Positions 19,746 through 24,229 of a stretch of DNA of 24,229 bases are shown here, one piece after another. The translations under genes were made by a program, and so were the position numbers. Each line of letters begins with the position of its first letter. The first letter of the stretch is position 1. The stretch comes from Frankiaceae bacterium (GTDB lineage Bacteria; Actinomycetota; Actinomycetes; Mycobacteriales; SCTD01), in NCBI GenBank assembly GCA_026786045.1, contig JAJAYV010000132.1, positions 1-24,229 of the forward strand, written 5' to 3'. Below the pieces are notes generated by a model. That model was not told the DNA's origin and made no database searches. It saw nothing but the letters and a program-made list of their open reading frames with translations.

Positions 19746-21287
19746 ATGGAAGATCGGGGAACGGTGACCGTCCTCACGCCAACCGACCAGCCGGGCCCAG
19801 CGCCCGAGACCCCCACCCACCTGTCGCCGCCGACCGCAGGCGCCGCCCTGGCCGACCAGCTGCGCGCTCAGCTGGCTCCGGACCGGATCATCACCGATCT
19901 GACCCGGCTGCGAACCTACGAGTGCGACGGGATAACGGGCTACCGCGTCGTCCCCGCCCTGGTCGCCCTGCCCGAGTCCACGGACGAGGTGGCGCTGGTC
20001 GTGGCGGCCTGTGCGCGCGCCGGCGTGCCGTACGTCGCCAGAGGCGCCGGCACCGGGCTGTCCGGCGGCGCGCTGCCGGTGGCCGACGGCGTCGTCATCA
20101 GCCTGGCCCGGATGCGGCGGGTCCTCGACGTGGACCTGGTCAACCAGCGCATGACCGTCGAGCCGGGCGTCACCAACTCCGACATCACCAAGGCCGTTGC
20201 GGCCCACGACCTCTACTTCGCCCCGGACCCCTCGAGCCAGACCGTCTGCACGATCGGCGGCAACATCGCCGAGAACTCCGGCGGCGCGCACTGCATGAAG
20301 TACGGCTTCACCACCAACCACGTGCACGCGATGACCCTGGTGCTCCCCGACGCCAGCGTGGTGACGGTGGGTGGCGACGGGGCCGAGCAGGTCGGGCCCG
20401 ACCTGCGCGGAGCGGTGATCGGTTCCGAGGGCACCCTCGCGATCGCGACCTCGGTCACGGTGCGGCTGCTGCGCAAGCCCGAGGCGGTCCGCACGCTGGT
20501 CGCCGACTTCGCGAGCGCCGAGGCGGCCGGCGAGGCGGTCTCCGGGATCATCGCGGCGGGGATCATCCCGGCGGCGGTGGAGATGCTCGATGCCCTGGCC
20601 ATCGAGGCCTGCGAGGCCGCGGTGCACGCCGGCTACTCCCTTGACACAGCTGCCGCGCTGGTCGTCGAGCTGGACGGCCCGACCGCGGAGTGCGACGAGG
20701 GCTTCGCCCGCGTCGAGGAGATCTGCCTCGAGGCCGGCGCGACGCACCTGCGCTTCGCGGCCGACCCGGACGAGCGGATGCTCATCTGGAAGGGGCGCAA
20801 GGCTGCCTTCGCCGCGATGGGCCGGATCAGCCCCGACTACTTCGTGCAGGACGGCGTCATCCCGCGGACCCGGCTGGGCGAGGTGCTCGCCCGGATGCAG
20901 GTGATGGCGGACGACGCCGGCCTGCGGGTCGCCAACGTCTTCCACGCCGGCGACGGAAACCTGCACCCCCTGGTGCTGTACGACGCCGCCGTCCCGGGGG
21001 AGTCCGAGCGCGGCGAGCACCTGTCCACGGCGATCGCCGAGCTGTGCGTGGAGATGGGCGGATCGATCACCGGTGAGCACGGCGTCGGCACCGACAAGGC
21101 CTGCTCCATGCCCAAGATGTTCTCCGAGGACGACCTCGCGGTCATGAAGCGGCTGCGCGCCGCCTTCGACCCCGACGGCATCAGCAACCCGGGCAAGATC
21201 TTCCCGACGCCTCGGCTCTGCGGTGAGCGCCCGGGCCCCTACCGGGTGCACCCCCTCGAGGCCGCCGGCCTGATCGAGCGCATGTGA
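19746..21287 (+). CDS. glcD: Glycolate oxidase FAD-linked subunit
   Basis: ARGAGTGLSGGALP, PDPSSQTVCTIGGNIAENSGGAHCMKYG, GSEGTL, FHAGDGNLHP, SITGEHGVG, NPGKIFP. Alternative start GTG 19764. Confidence 0.95.
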   Translation: MEDRGTVTVLTPTDQPGPAPETPTHLSPPTAGAALADQLRAQLAPDRIITDLTRLRTYECDGITGYRVVPALVALPESTDEVALVVAACARAGVPYVARGAGTGLSGGALPVADGVVISLARMRRVLDVDLVNQRMTVEPGVTNSDITKAVAAHDLYFAPDPSSQTVCTIGGNIAENSGGAHCMKYGFTTNHVHAMTLVLPDASVVTVGGDGAEQVGPDLRGAVIGSEGTLAIATSVTVRLLRKPEAVRTLVADFASAEAAGEAVSGIIAAGIIPAAVEMLDALAIEACEAAVHAGYSLDTAAALVVELDGPTAECDEGFARVEEICLEAGATHLRFAADPDERMLIWKGRKAAFAAMGRISPDYFVQDGVIPRTRLGEVLARMQVMADDAGLRVANVFHAGDGNLHPLVLYDAAVPGESERGEHLSTAIAELCVEMGGSITGEHGVGTDKACSMPKMFSEDDLAVMKRLRAAFDPDGISNPGKIFPTPRLCGERPGPYRVHPLEAAGLIERM

Positions 21288-21315
21288 CCGGGGCCGGGCA
21301 TGGGCGGACCCTTCG

Positions 21316-22530
21316 ATGACCGAGTCGCTGACGCAGCCCCGACCCGAGACTGCGGGCACTGGCGTCGTACGGCCCACCACAGTTGCCGAGGCCGCACAGG
21401 TGCTGTCCGGGAGCACCGGCTCCGTGCTGTTCCGGGGCGGGGCGACCCAGCTCGACTGGGCCGGCCGGGTGCCGGACCCCGACCTGGTCGTCGACACCAC
21501 GGACCTGTCCGGCGTCCTCACCCACAACCCCGGCGACATGACCGCCTCCGTCCGGGCCGGCACGACCCTGATCGCGCTGCAGGACCAGCTCGCCGGTGCC
21601 GGGCAGTGGTTGGCGCTGGACCCGCCGACCGCGTCGGCCGGCGCCACGGTCGGGGGCCTGTTGGCCACCGGCGACTCCGGCCCGTCCCGGCTGCGCTACG
21701 GCGGGATCCGCGACCTGGTCATCGGCGTGACGATCGTGCTCGCTGACGGGACGGTGGCGCGGTCCGGCGGGCACGTCATCAAGAACGTCGCCGGCTATGA
21801 CCTCGCCAAGCTCGTGCACGGCTCGCTGGGCTCGCTGGCCCTGGTCGCCGAGGTCGTCGTGCGCCTGCACCCCCTGCCCGAGAGGTCCGTGACCTTCACC
21901 GGCGATGCGGACGCTGCGCAGGCCACGGCTGCAGCACTGGCGCTGGCGGCCAGCCCGCTGGAGCCAGCGGCGGTGGAGTGGGCCTCGGCCGCGGACGCGG
22001 GCCGCCTGCTGGTGCGGGTCGACGGCACCGAAGCGTCCGTCGACGCCGCCGGGCGAAGCCTGACCGAGCTGCTTGCCGGGCTCGGGGTGACCCTCACAGC
22101 GCTGTCGGCACCGGACGCCACGAGCGCCTGGCAGGCACACGCCGCTGCCGTCGTCGGCAGCGACGACGAGACCGTCGTCCGGGTCGCGGGCCTGCCCAGT
22201 GACCTCGCCGACCTCGCCGGCAGTGCGCAGGACGCCGCGCGCGTCGCGGACCTGCGCGTGGTCGTCGTCTCGAGCGCGGCGCTCGGGATGCACACCGTGC
22301 GGCTGTCGGGTGGCTCGCCGACCGGGCACGCGCAGGCGCTGACCCAGCTCCGCGGCCGCGCCCTCGAACGCGGTGCCAGTGTCCTGCTGCGCCGCCGCTC
22401 CCCCGAGCTGGACGGGCTCGTCGAGGCGCTGGGCCCGCCGCCGTCCAGTGCTGACCTGCTGCGCCGCATCAAGGCGGAGTTCGACCCGACCGGACGCTGC
22501 GCTCCGGGTCGTTTCTCGCCCTGGTTCTGA
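21316..22530 (+). CDS. glcE: Glycolate oxidase FAD-binding subunit
   Basis: RGGATQLDW, GDMTASVRAGT, LRYGGIRDLVIG, GGHVIKNVAGYDLAKL, GSLGSLAL. Between glcD and glcF. Confidence 0.9.
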   Translation: MTESLTQPRPETAGTGVVRPTTVAEAAQVLSGSTGSVLFRGGATQLDWAGRVPDPDLVVDTTDLSGVLTHNPGDMTASVRAGTTLIALQDQLAGAGQWLALDPPTASAGATVGGLLATGDSGPSRLRYGGIRDLVIGVTIVLADGTVARSGGHVIKNVAGYDLAKLVHGSLGSLALVAEVVVRLHPLPERSVTFTGDADAAQATAAALALAASPLEPAAVEWASAADAGRLLVRVDGTEASVDAAGRSLTELLAGLGVTLTALSAPDATSAWQAHAAAVVGSDDETVVRVAGLPSDLADLAGSAQDAARVADLRVVVVSSAALGMHTVRLSGGSPTGHAQALTQLRGRALERGASVLLRRRSPELDGLVEALGPPPSSADLLRRIKAEFDPTGRCAPGRFSPWF

Positions 22531-22566
22531 CCCTTTCCGCGTACGTCCCGAGCACCTGGAGCTCAG

Positions 22567-23994
22567 ATGACAGCAGCACCCGACGCCGCGACCGAAGGCG
22601 GTCACGACAGCGGACCCGTGACTGCCGGCATGCAGGCCGAGCAACTGACGACCACGGGCGTGTTCGACGTCCTGCACCCGCCGAGCGGCGAGCTCATCGA
22701 CGACTGCGTGCACTGCGGCTTCTGCCTGCCCACCTGTCCCACCTACCTGCTCGAGGGCAACGAGACCAACTCCCCGCGCGGCCGGATCTACCTCATGAAG
22801 ATGGGCAAGGCGGGCGAGGTGCCGATGGACGAGGAGTTCGTCGGCAACTTCGACGCCTGCCTCGGGTGCATGGCGTGCGTGACCTCGTGCCCGTCCGGCG
22901 TCAAGTACGACCAGCTCATCGAGGCCGTGCGGCCGCAGATCGAGCGCAACTGGGAGCGTACGCGCGCCGACCGGCTGTTCCGCACCATGATCTTCAGCCT
23001 GTTCCCCTACCCCGCCCGGCTGCGACCGGCCGCCTTCTTCGGCACGCTCTACCAACGGCTCGGGCTGCGTCGGCTGCTCGCCGCGACCGGCCTGCTGGCC
23101 CGTCTGCCCGCCCGCCTACGGGCCATGGAGGCACTGCTGCCGCAGCTGTCGCTCAGCAGCGTCGTGGCCCGCCAGCCGGTGTTCACCCCCGCCGTCGGCA
23201 CCTCCCGGCACCGCGTCGGGCTGCTGTCGGGGTGCGTGCAGCGAGTCTTCTTCGGCGACGTCAACGCGGCCGCGACCAGGGTGCTGGCCGCCGAGGGCTG
23301 CGACGTCGTCGCGCCCAAGGGCCAGCAGTGCTGTGGCGCGCTGTCCAGCCACGCCGGCCGCGAAGAGGAGGCGATCGCCCGCGCCCGCCGCCTCATCGAC
23401 GTCTTCGAGGCCGCCGACGTGCAGACCGTCGTGGTCAACGTGGCGGGCTGCGGCTCCTCGATGAAGGAGTACGCGATCCTGCTGCGCGACGACCCCGCGT
23501 ACGCGGAGCGGGCCGCCGCCTTCTCGGCCAAGGTCCGCGACGTGTCCGAGCTGCTCGCCGAGATCGGGCCGGTCGCGACCCGCCACCCCATCCCGGCCAA
23601 GGTCGCCTACCACGACGCCTGCCACCTCGCGCACGCCCAGGGCATCCGGGCCCAGCCCCGTGCGGTGCTGCGCGGCATCCCGCAGCTCAGCGTGCTGGAC
23701 ATCCCCGAGGCCGAGATCTGCTGCGGCTCGGCCGGCATCTACAACCTGGTGCAGCCCGAGCCCGCCGAGCGGCTCGGCCGGCGCAAGGTCGAGCAGATCG
23801 TCACGACGCTGCCGGACGCCGTCGTCACCTCCAACGCCGGCTGCCTGCTGCAGATCCGCCGCTACCTCGACGCGGGCGTCCCGCTGTTCCACCCGATCCA
23901 GCTCGTCGACGCCTCGATCCGCGGTGTTGACCCGATCAGCTCGAGCCGTGCCGTCGCCACCTCAAGCGCCCCCACTGCGAGCATCCCCACCTAG
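22567..23994 (+). CDS. glcF: Glycolate oxidase iron-sulfur subunit
   Basis: Two 4Fe-4S motifs (CVHCGFCLPTCP, CLGCMACVTSCP) plus CCG domains (QQCCGAL, YHDACHL, ICCGSAG). Confidence 0.93.
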   Translation: MTAAPDAATEGGHDSGPVTAGMQAEQLTTTGVFDVLHPPSGELIDDCVHCGFCLPTCPTYLLEGNETNSPRGRIYLMKMGKAGEVPMDEEFVGNFDACLGCMACVTSCPSGVKYDQLIEAVRPQIERNWERTRADRLFRTMIFSLFPYPARLRPAAFFGTLYQRLGLRRLLAATGLLARLPARLRAMEALLPQLSLSSVVARQPVFTPAVGTSRHRVGLLSGCVQRVFFGDVNAAATRVLAAEGCDVVAPKGQQCCGALSSHAGREEEAIARARRLIDVFEAADVQTVVVNVAGCGSSMKEYAILLRDDPAYAERAAAFSAKVRDVSELLAEIGPVATRHPIPAKVAYHDACHLAHAQGIRAQPRAVLRGIPQLSVLDIPEAEICCGSAGIYNLVQPEPAERLGRRKVEQIVTTLPDAVVTSNAGCLLQIRRYLDAGVPLFHPIQLVDASIRGVDPISSSRAVATSSAPTASIPT

Positions 23995-24108
23995 AGAGCA
24001 GCTGCTCGCCGTCGCGCTGGACGGGCCCGGCACCGCCTTGCCCCGGCCGTCCGCACGTACCGCCTGACCCCGCCTGACCCAACGACCAGCCCCACCGAGA
24101 GGCTCCTC

Positions 24109-24229
24109 ATGGACAACCTGGCTGTGCTCAGCCTGCTGGCGTTCTCCCCCATCCTCATCGTCGGCGTGCTGCTTGTGGGTCTTCGGTGGCCGGCCAAGCT
24201 CGCCATGCCGGTCGGCTTCCTGGCCGTCG
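24109..24229 (+). CDS. lctP: L-lactate/glycolate permease (5' end only)
   Basis: RBS GAGAGG then MDNLAVLSLLAFSPILIVGVLLVGLRWPAKLAMPVGFLAV, typical of an LctP N-terminus and placed after glcDEF. Only 40 codons are visible. Confidence 0.75.
   Translation, partial: MDNLAVLSLLAFSPILIVGVLLVGLRWPAKLAMPVGFLAV

Noticed and set aside
24058-24080. CCGCCTGACCC duplicated upstream of lctP
   Set aside because: A short GC-rich tandem duplication with no match to other motifs in the window; it is compatible with slippage.

Overview
High-GC actinobacterial chromosome segment; the gene order and sequence style suggest Geodermatophilaceae/Frankiales-like, but this is an inference. It has three zones. (1) 1-6168 is a conserved core block: xseA, an Rv1109c-like lipid-droplet protein, ispH, a DUF6542-like membrane protein, a small hypothetical, rmuC and ychF, largely matching the mycobacterial Rv1108c-Rv1112 order. 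(2) About 6170-9420 is a decayed accessory zone starting at the ychF stop codon: a frameshifted, internally deleted tyrosine integrase, an SMP-30/gluconolactonase-family gene, a stand-alone GAF protein, a small hypothetical and a GGDEF remnant. (3) 9424-24229 is a glycolate/glyoxylate utilisation cluster: glxK, aceB, malic enzyme, a GlcG-like protein, gcl, glxR, hyi, an IclR regulator, glcDEF and the start of lctP. The best observations are (a) a second, collapsed glcD...lctP operon between aceB and glxK that survives as one open 276-codon chimeric frame overlapping the glxK start, (b) a TTCCRC-N3-GYGGAA operator seen at the aceB, hyi and iclR promoters, in tandem with identical 21-bp spacing at aceB and hyi, and (c) nine genes with leaderless-type starts. 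I found no rRNA, tRNA or CRISPR array. I cannot claim a new biological system: the components are known families, and the novelty lies in their arrangement, regulation and decay.
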